This document shows, in pieces, positions 1 to 12,335 of a DNA stretch of 64,000 nucleotides. Source of the DNA: Haliotis rubra (lineage: Eukaryota); assembly GCF_003918875.1 (NCBI RefSeq), contig NW_025767220.1, positions 496,001-560,000 on the forward strand. Reading direction: 5' to 3'. The notes beneath the pieces were generated by a model that made no database searches, had not been told where the DNA came from, and was given only the letters and a program-made list of their open reading frames with translations. A program made the translations under genes and the position numbers. Every line of letters begins with the position of its first letter. Within the stretch, counting starts at the first letter, position 1.

Positions 1-329
1 GACGACTTGCAGATCCTGGCAGACAATGAAAACATGTCTTGGAGGATATGCTCGCCATCACCTTGCAACACACTGTTTGGCAGCGATTCATAAGTATATG
101 CCGATAATTAAGTCATAAATCGTCCAATCAACTCTGCTTTAGAAAAAGACATTTTTTGTGTTGGATAATGGAATGTGGCTAATCTCTTGCGGTAACTTTT
201 GTATACATTATTATGAAGGTAACTTCGTCGCTTTAATTACCTGACAACAAGTACATATATACAGGTTTATATCAAAGTAGTTTCGTGGCTACAATTCACG
301 TTCTGCAAATACGCTTACACATATATAGG

Positions 330-1880
330 TTACAATAGTGGTAGCTAATGAGATAGGTGACAATCATCTTGAGATGTCTCACCTCACAGACAAAGCATAA
401 TATGAAGACGAAGACAAGAGACAATTGTTTAACAATGTACGGCTTTTACACGAAGGTTTACATGTATTATCTATTTGAAGACATCCAAGTGACCCTCGAT
501 CGTGCTGTAACCATTATCAAAGACATAAATGCTGATGCTGCAGATTCAAACCAATGGGAAAGATAAGAAATATGGTTAGTCGACTATGATGCCAACTAAC
601 GCCCGTTTCTCCTGAAAGCCTTGTCATTTGAAACATGGTACACAGTTCATGTGTTTTGTAATCTATGAAACTATATCTATATCTCCCGAACTGATCCAGA
701 CAGTCAAATACGAGCGGTTGTATTGATTAAATATGACAAACAGTTGGCGATCGAAGGGATTGAGTATGGTTTAACATCAGAAACTATATATACAATCGGA
801 TACAAGATATATGACGTTGTTCATGCTGGGCTCTCTTAAAACAAGTGTCCTTGGAAGACTGTCTAACTTTGTCTTGGAAACAAAAGAAACAAATAAACTG
901 GTGCATATGATGGAATGCCTTAAATTGTTTCAATGTGTTTCATATTTCGCATTCACATAGAACTTATGATAGAAATGAAGACCAGGTCACCATAAACTCC
1001 TTTCCAACACGTCCATGTCATGGGGTATGGTGACTCAGCTTCAGTCAGGTCACCATCAACTCTAACACGTCCATGTGACAAGCACGGGACACCAATACTC
1101 TTCCCGTGTCCGCGGGGAGATAGCACTTAGTTTGAACTATCGGTGTTTCCCACACCAAAGGACCAGCAACATGAAACGTTTCTGTCCTCACTATAAATCT
1201 ACTTGCCACTTCACAAACTGTCAATATACTTTGGCCCCAGGTTTATTTGTCGATCGCGATATTGCATCGGTTTGACTCAAAATCAAACACAAGCGTTTTT
1301 TCTCTTTGTTTGAAACTGATGTTTTTCCTGCTGAAATATTTAAGAATGTTGGAACAAAGTAGCCCGAGGTTAGATTGTCAGTTGGAACCGTTGTCTGCGT
1401 ATCAACACTCCCTTCAGCATCTATTGGAAGATGTGGAAGATGCAAGGTTGGATGTAAATGTTTCAAGCAGATTTTCAGTTTCACAAGGAGAAAGAATTCA
1501 GAACCGGTGTGACTTAGTAACCTAAAATAAAGCGTTTGACAAAATAATATAACCATTTGTACATTATCGTCACTACAACGATGGTAGTTATAATTTGGTT
1601 TGTTTTGTTTTGTTTGTTTTTGTTCTCTTTTTACACCATTGAAATAACATACGTAGTACTGAACGAGACAATACTGACAGACATCAATCATGATTATATA
1701 TCATCTGTCAGTTCAGGTACAGAGATTTTCTAAAACTGTAACCGTTGGGACGCTGTTGGAACTACACAGTTCATGTCTTCTACGAAATAACAACATGATG
1801 AAGGTCAAGATGTTCCACTTCATGTGTAACGTTTGTTTCGCAAGGTTACAACATGAACAGCTCCGTGCAAATACTGATAG
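330..1880 (+). repeat. Third, older direct paralog of the duplicated segment
   Basis: 340-850 aligns at ~70-75% to 10835-11460 (VYMYY..ED...AVTII...NQWER in both). 1114-1425 is ~98% identical to 11813-12124. Confidence 0.85.
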
Positions 1881-1904
1881 TATATACGGACTCATTATAT
1901 CAGG

Positions 1905-3430
1905 CTGAGTCAAAAAGAAACTTCACAAAATGTAATTTGAAAAATAATGAATAATTTTTCCCTGATGATACATCTATGTATCCGAAATGGGATCCCTATC
2001 TTTCGACTCTAGAAAAACGTTAGCAAAACCCACTCAAACCCATCCATTCGTCGTGCAAATGACGTTAGTGCAAAATCAGGTTTTGCACGTGCAGTCGATC
2101 ACGTGATCTTCGCATCGAAGTTTTCTTCATATGCACGTGTTTGCATTGGCCTCAAGAATTGAAAAAACTCTTTTAAACCACAGTTCTAACGGTACTTGAA
2201 ATGCCACGATTGTCAAATGTGCAACGTGATCGTGCCGTTGGCATGTTGCAAGCGGGAAGATCAGTTATTGACGTCGCAAGAGCAATGGGATGCAGCCGTC
2301 GTACTGTGTATGACTTGCGAGGTCGTCTGCAACACTATGGCACCACTTCTGATCGCCCAAGGTCGGGTCGTCCACGTGTGACGTCACGAGCAGAAGACCG
2401 TCAAATCGTCCTACGTCACCTACGTGACAGATTTCTGCCGGCTTCACGAACCAGGGCTGAGATGTTTAGAGGTCGACTGTCCTCACAGACCATTCGAAAT
2501 CGGTTGCGGGCTGCCAATCTCTATTCTCGACGTCCATATCGTGGGCCAATATTGACACCGTTTCATCAACGTCAACGTCTGCTGTGGGCCCAACGTCACC
2601 TCCGATGGACCCAGAGAGATTGGAATCGAGTCGTCTTTAGCGATGAATCCAGGTTTACCCTCAGATTCGCGGACGGCAGGCATAGAGTCAGGTGACGACG
2701 TCGTGAATGGTATGCCCAATGTTGTGTACAGGAAGTCGACAGATTCGGGGGCGGAAGTTGCATGGTGTGGGTGCCTTCTTTGGGAACAACCGTTCCCGAC
2801 TTCTGGTCATCCGTGGAAACCTCACAGCTACTGCTTACCGCGACCAGGTGCTCACCCCTTAACTCGTTCCTTTCATGGCGGCTCATGGACCAGGTCTACA
2901 GTTCCAGCATGATAATGCTCGGCCGCATACCGCGATGTTGACACGAAATTTCCTTCAAAACGCTGGAATCAACGTCATGGACTGGCCATCGAGGTTCCCT
3001 GACCTTAATCCAATAGAGCACATTTGTGATGCACTTGGGAGAAGGCTTCGTGGTCTTAGGAACCAACCTCAGAATTTGCAGGAACTTGGCGCTGCCTTGC
3101 AAGAGCAATGGCGCAGAATCCCCAACCACGTATTCACAAGCATCAGGCAGTCGATGAGGAGACGGTGTTTGGCAGTGGTGAATGCGCGGGGCGGCCATAC
3201 ACGATATTGAACTGAGAAATTTCGCATTTTTATTCTTGTGACTTGACATTCTGTATACCCATGTTTTGGAACGGCGGTGTAGCCTAATGGAACTGATTAT
3301 GGCACTGTCATTGTATCGAGTACATCACACAGATCTCAGCAATGAAAAAATAACAATTTAACCATCTTACCATCTCTTGTCCTTTTATAGTGCCCTGAAG
3401 AAAGAATGTGAAGTTTCTTTTTTGACTCAG
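1905..3430 (+). mobile_element. Tc1/mariner DNA transposon (Tc1, DD34E), full length but inactive
   Basis: TIRs ctgagtcaaaaagaaacttcaca (1905-1927) and tgtgaagtttcttttttgactcag (3407-3430), followed by TATA. It encloses a transposase. The empty site is visible in the duplicate copy at 13017-13020. Confidence 0.95.
2201..3210 (+). pseudogene. Tc1-family transposase pseudogene
   Basis: N-terminal HTH with RSGRPR, VVFSDESRF, GGGSCMVW and QHDNARPH...DLNPIEH (D34E spacing counted), ending GGHTRY. Broken by TGA at 2693-2695, a frameshift near 2770 and a TAA near 2860. Confidence 0.93.
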
Positions 3431-4049
3431 TATATTTGTCTTGCTCTTTACCCATTGGAAGGGCATATACAACTTTGGAATAGATAATTGTGCTATTTTA
3501 TCTGTTACATTAAAGGCAATTTGTGTTTTACAACAGTAAGGAGCTTTTATTGAACTCATATTGATCCATGGACGGGTGTAATATCAACAGAATTGACATG
3601 ACATTTATTTGTATAATTTACATTTCGTTTAGAATGAAAACTGATGCAGTTTTTACATGATGCAGTTATTAAACAGATCAAGTGCAAGAGATACTGACTC
3701 AATAATAATGCTGAAACTCTAATGTGGGTTGTTTTTGTAAGTATACGTTTCAACATGTAGCATCCTGTCTTAAACTGCCACGTGGACATACGGACATGGA
3801 AAATGCATTTAATTTTGAAAGAAAAAGAAATATATTTTCTTACCAACTGTTGATAAGTGCCTGTCTGGATGAAAAACATAATAATAACCATTCAGTATCC
3901 ATATTTGTCATCAGCAAATACAGACACATCTCGTAAATAATCATTGTTTATTGAAAAGAAATTATATAAAACTTGAGAAGAATTTATATTATAAGTATTA
4001 ATTCTCAATGCTCAGGTTATAGATTTTATAAAATAGAAAAAAAATAACA

Positions 4050-5000
4050 TATCCCTGTGAGTGTCTCCTCGCCGAAGTCATTATTATCCAGACAAGCGTT
4101 GTGAACTGCTCTGAATGAAACCCTGGTGGAATAACAGTTTGGCATTGTAGTTGCTGCACAGCAAGGGCAGTGTCGTGTTCCAGTGTGACCGAATGAGAGA
4201 CACAATGACCGAAAGAATTCATCAGTTGTTGAAGCTTGGCAGACCCCGTAAGATGCCGTATGGTCATGCCCAGTGCAAGGTGTTTAGGCATCAAAGTTCT
4301 GCCTTGTGTTGCCAGTGTGATCATGTCTTGTGCAACAGAAATGACTTTCTTCTGATTTTCTTCCCTCTGCAATTTCCCTCTGCAACACCATACCAGAACA
4401 TTAAAAAGCTGTGGTGGAATAATTTTCTCAGAAGATGATAATGTCATATCACATGCATTAGGAGGCCATGTATCAACACTAGGACAGGAAGACACAGCAG
4501 CATGTATAATTATAGCGGCTCTGTAGAGTTGAACAAAATCATCCTGTAATGAGTTTTGAACACTATGACTGGAGATAACCCCTTCACCAAGATCACTATC
4601 TGATTCACTGTCACTACATGGAATGTTGATCAAGGACGATTTTCCTGTCTTGTTGTAGTACACAAACTCACAGCAAATTGATTTAGGCTGTAGAAACTCC
4701 AAAATTGTATACTTTGACTGGAGTCGTGATTTTAACTGGCTGTACTGTTTCTATATATTATGTCAAATCCTTCTGTTTCTTTAATTTCTGTCAAGAGGGA
4801 CATCTTCAACACTTCCTCATTTGATATCAACCGCTCTTCTATGACATGTGAACAAAATAAATCAAATGTTTTTTGCCAGTGGCTTGGGTCCTGCACCTAT
4901 TTTCAATAATATCCGCTCATCATTCCTTATCTTGGCAGCCTCTAATAGTCTTTCTGATTGGCTGAAAGTCTGCCGTATTATAGAGGCTAATTGCTAATTA
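4050..5000 (-). pseudogene. Frameshifted fragment of a large DNA-transposon protein, Academ-like (CXC-associated) transposase
   Basis: ORF 3998-4702 contains PKHLALGMTIRHLTGSAKLQQLMNSFGHCVS. A one-base frameshift restores FTTLVWDNNDFGEETLTG. Both motifs are recalled from invertebrate transposase-derived proteins, so the superfamily call is an inference. Confidence 0.55.
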
Positions 5001-5800
5001 ATGAACCGCTAATTTTACAAGAACATTCATGATTTTTATTCAGATAAGGGTAAATGCAATTATCATACCAATATCAGGTATTCACTAAAACCTTTAAGCA
5101 CTATGATACAATTTTAAAGGTCGGCCCACGGCCTATATTGTGAGGACTGGTTGAATGTCTTGACTCCATATAGAGTTGATAAAACAATCTAAACAGTATT
5201 TGTCTTTATCTAGTGGCCGGCAGGTTGCCGTTTCTCTAACGTTGCCGCTTAATATTTATATGGATAAAAGAACTGGAGGCGCTCAGAAATCTCAATATAC
5301 AGTCCTTGGGATTAAATGTCATAATTGTTTTATTAGGATATTATATTTCGTTTTGTATTTTTATCAACAAATGGCCAAGACATGTTTACATTAGACCGTT
5401 TGTCCAGATAAAAGGGTGATTTAATTACATACACAGTGGAGTCCTGTTCACCTTTGTTTTATACTTCGGTCCAAATGGAACCTGTCCCGTCGGACCGGAT
5501 GTTTTCTTGCATTGACACTTACGTAACTTCCTGTTATGCAAATTATGTGAGTGCCAGGTGTTGCCGTTGGACATGGTTCCCCTTTTGCAAACACCTGGTG
5601 TCATCACTGTTAGTGATTTATCCTTTATTCTCACATATTACCTATCGTGTTAATGTATTATTCCAATATGTATGTAGAGCTCACGCAAATGTTGAACAGT
5701 TTCCACTCAGTAACGCGTTTCGTCATCGTCGAACTGGGAACAGTTAAGCTTGAGTGTCACTGAACATGGTGTGAAAAGGTTGTCAGTATTGTGGGTCTAC

Positions 5801-5900
5801 CACACCACACCTCGCCTCACCTCACCTCACCTAATACCACCTTACCACACCACACATCACCTCACCTTACCACGCTCCACCTGACCTCATCACACATCAC
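5801..5900 (+). repeat. Degenerate (CACCT/CACAC)n microsatellite
   Basis: cacctcacctcacct tract. Copies at 15361-15460 and, inverted and longer, at 24715-24885. Confidence 0.85.
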
Positions 5901-6029
5901 TTCATCCAGCTGTCCTTACTCAGTCAGCTCCTTGCACATGCTGCTTGCTTTCACCAAGCCTTCACGCTTGGCTTTCCTTAAAATAATGTCCCCAATTTAA
6001 GGCTATTACTATTCAAAGCGGGGTTATAA

Positions 6030-6209
6030 TGAATAAAACCTCTTTAATCCGGAACCTGTCAATCTGGACCCTGTCTTCCAGACGATTATTGTTGGAACGT
6101 TAATATATATGAAAGAACACGACAGTGCATGATTCTTCATTCTGGAAACTTGGTAATCAAGACCATTTCACTTAGACGACTCCGTCCGGACTAATCAGGT
6201 TCATCTGTA
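6030..6209. mobile_element. Old pogo/Tigger-like MITE remnant
   Basis: Degenerate inverted ends aaaacctctttaatccgga ... tccggactaatcaggttcatctgta. Also present near 15596-15741 and inverted near 24404-24585. Confidence 0.4.
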
Positions 6210-7751
6210 CTAACACGACGTTTAACTGGGGAAAGTGAGAGACGTCCGGAACACTGAATACTGGATCAAGCGTGCATTTTAAGACCGAGTGGGCGTATGT
6301 GTAAACTGAGTTGAATGTTTAGAGCAAGGACTGAACAATATCTACTTGGAAATTCTCTCCTTTGTCCTTCAAACCCTGAAACAAACAATTTTAGTCTCTC
6401 ACGCACATCGGAAGTACGGGCACAGCGTTTGAAGCAAAGACATCATGGGCTATCTCTTTCACCTCACTTAACAATGACTGGAACCGGTGATAGGTCGGGC
6501 CATTTGCCATTTAACCACACAACAGGTAATCCCGCTGTTACTAAGTGCTAGTCTGGGTGTCTATAAGACAGAATGTTGGTGATTCAAATCTAGCCAAAGA
6601 TCTCAGCTATTCACATTATCACAGATTATAGAAAGCAAACCTAACATTGCAATCCTGATTAGTATCTCGGAGCATAATGTAATGAATGTTCGTTCGGAAA
6701 AGTAAAATTAATACCTTATCAATTTCTTTAGTAAGTGCTTGAATGCGTGGTGAACGAAAGAAAGAGAGAGTAAAAAGAGAACGGTCAACAAAACAACATT
6801 TACACTAACATTGTATCCAACACCCGTGGCTCGTTTACGAAAGCTAAGGAATAACTTATTTTCATCACGAGTTTTGACCTGCTTCACAAGAGGTCCACTC
6901 TTCCTTGATAACGGTATAAGATTCTATACTGTAACGTCGCATCATAATATAATAAAGATGTTGTCATCTATAAAGCATCCTTCTCTGAATTTCTTGTTTC
7001 GTCCAATTAACAACGTGAAATGAATCAGAAAGGACGGACACTGCTTCAGTATTTGTGGCTTTGACTTCATTTCGAACGTTCAGATCTGAGATCCATTTTC
7101 TTAGGTCTACATTTGTATTCTGATCAAACTTTATCACTTTGGTCATTCCAGAGTTTGTCTCTCACCTGCATCCCTAAGTACGTACAGGCCTGACCTTCCA
7201 CGAGATGGTCACTATCTCCTCCCCCAATAAATTAGTGATCCTCCTTCTTCTATGTTGCCACTTGTAAGATCAAGAGCGTTGTTTTCGTGGAACCAAGAAC
7301 GTAAGAATGTCATTGGAAAAGGACTCAACAAACAGAATCTGCCTTTTGGCAAGAGGATCAAGGTCATTCACGTCAAGTGTGTAAGATGTATTGAGCACCT
7401 TGACTGAGAATGCCCAGAATGATATCCGTCAGTTTGGTACTGTATATTTGAATGGGTTTTAGGATATGTCACATACGCACACCAGCAATGCAGCTGTTTT
7501 TGTTTCGTTTTTCATCATGTATGTGATGTCACACTAGAATTGCCGTATAGAGCCGTGCTCCATATCACAAAACGTGATCACTAAAGTTCGACAAACAACA
7601 TGCACGCAGGATAATAAGCAGCCTTGATTATCCGCCGAAACTCCGGTATCATTTGGCAAAATACCTGTGAAAATGAATGAATTATGTATTTAATAATCTT
7701 TAAATCTGGACAAGCTATTTAATGAATCATTTTGTCTCGACCATCTATAGT

Positions 7752-8250
7752 ATGACAAATTTTATCTTGCCTCACACGTAAGTGTCGTTTTCTGATTGGC
7801 TAAGCGCTCTTCTATTAATTTCAATGTACCCCCGCTTACACGCGAGTAACATTTGCTATGTACTCCGCTGGGAATGCCGAACTCAATTGGTACTTCTTAG
7901 TAGTAATTCTTATCTCGAATAACATTGAATCACGTAATGATGTACGGAAATTACCGATGTTTTGCGAATGCAAATCGATGGAGGGGAGATAACTCTAAAT
8001 TTGTTTTTCTTGTCGTCTTGTCGTCTGGTACTCCATACTATGATCCGGTACCCGTGCTTCAAACAGTTCAAAATTACCATTGATGTGTTCGGTAAGATAA
8101 ATACGTTGTTCACTGGTCCCTCGGGGCCCATGGGTTGATGTACCCTCGATGTTTCTTTATGTTCCCCTCGGCCTTCGGGCTCAGGATATATAAGCAAATA
8201 CCGAGGGTATATCAGCCCATGTCCCCCACGAGACCAATGAACAACTATAT
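7752..8250 (+). mobile_element. Non-autonomous element ending in a ~140-bp palindrome (Crypton-like)
   Basis: Absent from the inverted paralog (junction near 23245-23265). 8105-8245 folds back on itself around cTTCGg. Duplicate near 17284-17782. Confidence 0.55.
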
Positions 8251-9306
8251 CTTATGACATCCAGTCCTCCGAACAGTAATTGTAAAATAATTGCAGGTCT
8301 GATGAAAATATGCAATGTCATCAGTTCCCCCATTCTTACACTCCTTTGTCCATAGACCAGCACTATGATTTCATCTGATTCATCCAAACAAAAAGCGGCA
8401 ACCCCAGAGAATAACCAGCCTCGATTCCATTGGACGTTAAACCAAAGAGCGGTAAAGTCAAGTATCCGCCACGTGAGTTGTATATAATTGTACACTGTTG
8501 ACGATAGGATTGTCAATCACATCTCACGAAACTGACATTTGAAAGAATCGGGAGAAAGTTTTTCACTCCAACTGGATCGTGTTCGTATCTTCAAGTGACA
8601 GTATAAGGCAGGATGTTACATGTATATATGTACATATACTAATAAAACTCCAAATCGACGGTTGAACAGATGAGTGTTCAAAGATATTTGAACTTTTGGT
8701 TAAGCTATTAAGATTGCAACGTTTTCGTTGTCACCGACATTTACGGCCATATTAATTCCGATGACATCAATTGATATATGTTCTAACCATATGCCTAATG
8801 CACTCGGTGTTGTAGAGTACAAATTGGTCTTAATGTAACCGACAACACGGATATATGGACCCATGGAATCGGGTAGTTAGTATTTGTATAGAACTTATAC
8901 AATTGTAACCTTGCAACGCAAAGTTGCTCATGAAGTGGAATAATCTTTACTGTCACCATGTTGTTATATGGTAGAAAACACGAACTGTTGAGTCCCGACA
9001 TCGTCCCAACTATCAGTCTCTGTCAGAAAACCTCTGTGCTCGTCTTGATAGATGCTATATATCTGGACGGTTTGTCGACAGCGGGGTAGGCGAGTGGGTG
9101 AATTGTTGATATCGAAGGGATATTGCTTTCAGTGCCGTAAAACTCACTCACTGCTTAATTTCAGTGGTATACTTGACAGAAACAGGAGGGAACGCTAGTA
9201 TGGTTACTCCATGGTTATCTCCTGTTTCTGTCAATACCAAGGAGAGCAATGTTGATTGTATGTCATAGAATTGGATTTTGTGTCTTGTGTGTCTACATAT
9301 TTGACA

Positions 9307-9547
9307 CCCGTGAAGGTCTGGGTTAGAATATTTATCTTCAGTAATCCATGCTTGTCGTAAGTGGCGACTAACGGGACCGAGCGGTCAGGCTCGCTGACTT
9401 GGTTTACACAGGTCATCGGTTCCCAGTTGCGTAGAACGATGCTCATGCTGTTGATCACTGGATTGTCTGGTCCAGACGCGATTATTAACATACCACCGCC
9501 ATACAGCTGGGATATTGCTGTGTGCAGCGTAAAACTAAACTCACTCA
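9307..9547 (+). mobile_element. SINE-like family A (structured non-tRNA head, (CACT)n tail)
   Basis: cccgtgaagg...gcttgtcgtaagtggcgactaacggg...gtaaaactaaactcactca, flanked by a 14-bp TSD ctacatatttgaca. Duplicate at 18832-19072. Confidence 0.9.
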
Positions 9548-9659
9548 CTACATATTTGACAAAGCGCTTTAGATGGTATTTGAAAATGTTGCAGTTAACA
9601 ATATACGTATCGTTATTAGTATCCCGCCATCTGATCGAGCAGAACGATGGTTGTCAGTA

Positions 9660-12335
9660 CTGCACAGATCTAGTTCAGTACTATGAATGTTGTGTCAGTG
9701 ATGTATTGAACAACGTACATGGGCAATCATTGTTGTGACAACTGACATGGGCAATCATTGTTGTGACAACTGACATGGGCAATCATTGTTGTGACAACTT
9801 ACATGGGCAATCATTGTTGTGACAACTTTGAGCAAGGATTACATCACCATTTCGTACCCTAACCTCAGGATAATAAGTAATATTGGTTTTGATTTCATCA
9901 TCGACTGATGCGTGAAACACTTTGTGTCCAACCTTAAACCTTGCATCTTCCACAGTAATAGAGTCCAAAGGGAGTGTTGACACGCAGAGAACTGTTCCAA
10001 CTGACAATCAAATCTCGGGCTAAAGTGTTCCGACATTTTGAAATATTTCAGCGTGAAAACAAAGAGGAAAAACGTTGTGTTTGATTTTGAGTCAAACCGA
10101 TGCAAAATCGCGATCGACAAATAAACCTGGGGCCAAAGTATATTGACAGTTTGTGAAGTGGCAAGAAGATTTATAGTGAGGACAGAAACGTTTCATGTTG
10201 CTGGTCCTTTGGTGTGGGAAACATCGATAGTTCAAACTATGTGCTATCTCCCCACGGAGATACCGGAGAGTGTCTCGTGTTTGCCACAGAAATGTGTTGG
10301 AAAGGTCTTGATGGTGACCTGATTGAAACTGTGTTGTCATATACCGTGACCTAGATGATTGTTCATGCTATCAACTCCAGGTTTACATGACCCAGATTCT
10401 ATGTATTTAATTATATGTTTGGAATGTACCTGATGGGCATAGGCACCTTTCTGACTGAGACGTTCAACACATCGGTATTATATTGTGTAACCTATTTCTG
10501 GTTCATAAGTTCGATGTGGAAACACCATATGCCCAAGTTAATTTGTTTATAAGGGCAAAATATTTTGCTTTTTTATTCGATGACGGCAAATAATCGAGAC
10601 TGATTATTCTCTCGCACCGCATGTTTTTATTTACAAACAGTTCTGTATTTATAAGAGTCATTTCCTTCATCAACTCGTCCATCAATAACCCTACCACTGG
10701 CTCAACATATCAATGTTATAACCATGATGGTATCTGTCAACCTTGGAGGGGAATATCACATTCTATCACATCGTGCGAAGACTGTTATTCTCTGGCAATG
10801 ACGTTTTACGTCACATTTCCTGGTTTAAAACAGTAGTAGATAATGAGATTGGCTGCAATCATCTTGAGACATCTCACCGCCCAAACGTAGAAGAGTCTCC
10901 CAGACGAAAAGAAGGAAGACTGCAGATGCATGAGTGAGATTCCGTTACCCGTGGGAGGAATCGAATCCAGACGTTTTGCTTGGCTACCCAAACATAAACG
11001 TCCCATCGCCCTCTTTCAGAGTGTTAATACATGTACCACCACAGAAGCAGAATGCATTTACACAGAATGGTTTACATGTATTATATTCTTGAAGACAACC
11101 TAGAGACCCTCAGTCTTGCTGTAACCATTATCACACACTACTATGCTGATACTAAAGATACAAACCAGTGGGAAAGATCGGACATAAAGGTTAGTCGACT
11201 AGAATATCAATTATAGTCCGAATCTCCTGAAAACCTTGGCATTTGAAAAATGGTGCAGGGTTCATATATTTCAAGCTATGAAACATTATCTATATCTGCA
11301 GAACTGATCACGAAAGTCAACTACGGGCGGTTGTATTGATTAAATGTGACGAAACGTTGGCGTTAAAAACCATTGAGTATAGTTTTACATTAGAAACTAT
11401 CATGGAATCGGATCCAAGATATGTGTTAGTTTCACTGGGCTCTCTTAAAACAAGGGTCTTATTTTCGCACAAAAACAAGCAAATCAATTGAGGCATATGA
11501 TGACATAGATTGTTTCTTAGCGTTTCCACATCGAACTTCTGTACCAGAAATAAGGTTTCACATACAATACCGATGTTTTGAAAGCCTCAGTCACAAAGCT
11601 GCCTGTGCCCATATTATCAACTTTACCTGACAACATCAGCTTCATTCCAAACATACAAGAAAATACTGAGAATCTGGGTCATGTAAACCTGGGGTTGATA
11701 GCATGAACAATCATCTAGGTCACGGTATATGACAACTCAATCAGGCCATCATCAAGTCCTTCCCAACACATGTGACAAGCACCGGACTACAATACTCTCC
11801 CCGTTTCTCCTCGGGGAGATAGCGCTTAGTTTGAACTATCGATGTTTCCCACACCAAAGGACCAGCAACATGAAACGTTTCTGTCCTCACTATAAATCTA
11901 CTTGCCACTTCACAAACTGTCAATATACTTTGGCCCCAGGTTTATTTGTCGATCGCGATATTGCATCGGTTTGACTCACAATCAAACACAAGCGTTTTTC
12001 CTCTTTGTTTGAAACTGATGTTTTTCCTGCTGAAATATTTCAGAATGTTGGAACAAAGTAGCCCGAGGTTAGATTGTCAGTTGGAACCGTTGTGTGCGTA
12101 TCAACACTCCCTTCAGCATCTATTTTTGTGGAAGATGCAGAGTTTGATGCAAAATATTTCATGCAGTTTATCGATATTCTGATTGATAAGGAGGAAGGAT
12201 CCAAGACCTCTGTTACTTATTAACCTAAGTGTGAGGTCATGAAAGGATGATATAATCCTTGTACATTATCGTCATAACAATGATTGTCCATCCAAGATGT
12301 TGAATACCTCACTGAAACAACATACATAGTACTGT
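9660..12335. repeat. Inverted repeat: arms ~9660-10550 and ~11475-12335, spacer ~0.9 kb
   Basis: The reverse complement of 10060-10253 matches 11813-12010 with only about 5 differences. ORFs 10092-10340(-) and 11729-11974(+) share the same peptide. Confidence 0.9.
9717..9828 (+). repeat. 28-bp VNTR, 4 units
   Basis: acatgggcaatcattgttgtgacaactg x4. Confidence 0.95.

Noticed and set aside
1690-1908. NNNMMKVKMFHFMCNVCF resembles the PTEN C2 motif KMFHFWVNTFF
   Set aside because: The match is short, it is not preserved in frame in the paralog at 8795-9001, and no other PTEN motifs are present.
5791-6000. His/Thr/Ser-rich peptide (also at 15352 and 24463)
   Set aside because: Translation of a CACCT microsatellite.
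9231-9738. Recurring short ORFs such as MLMLLITGLSGPD and MTCVNQVSEPD (also at 22673, 32611, 40271, 51130, 60718)
   Set aside because: Chance translations of SINE-like family A copies.
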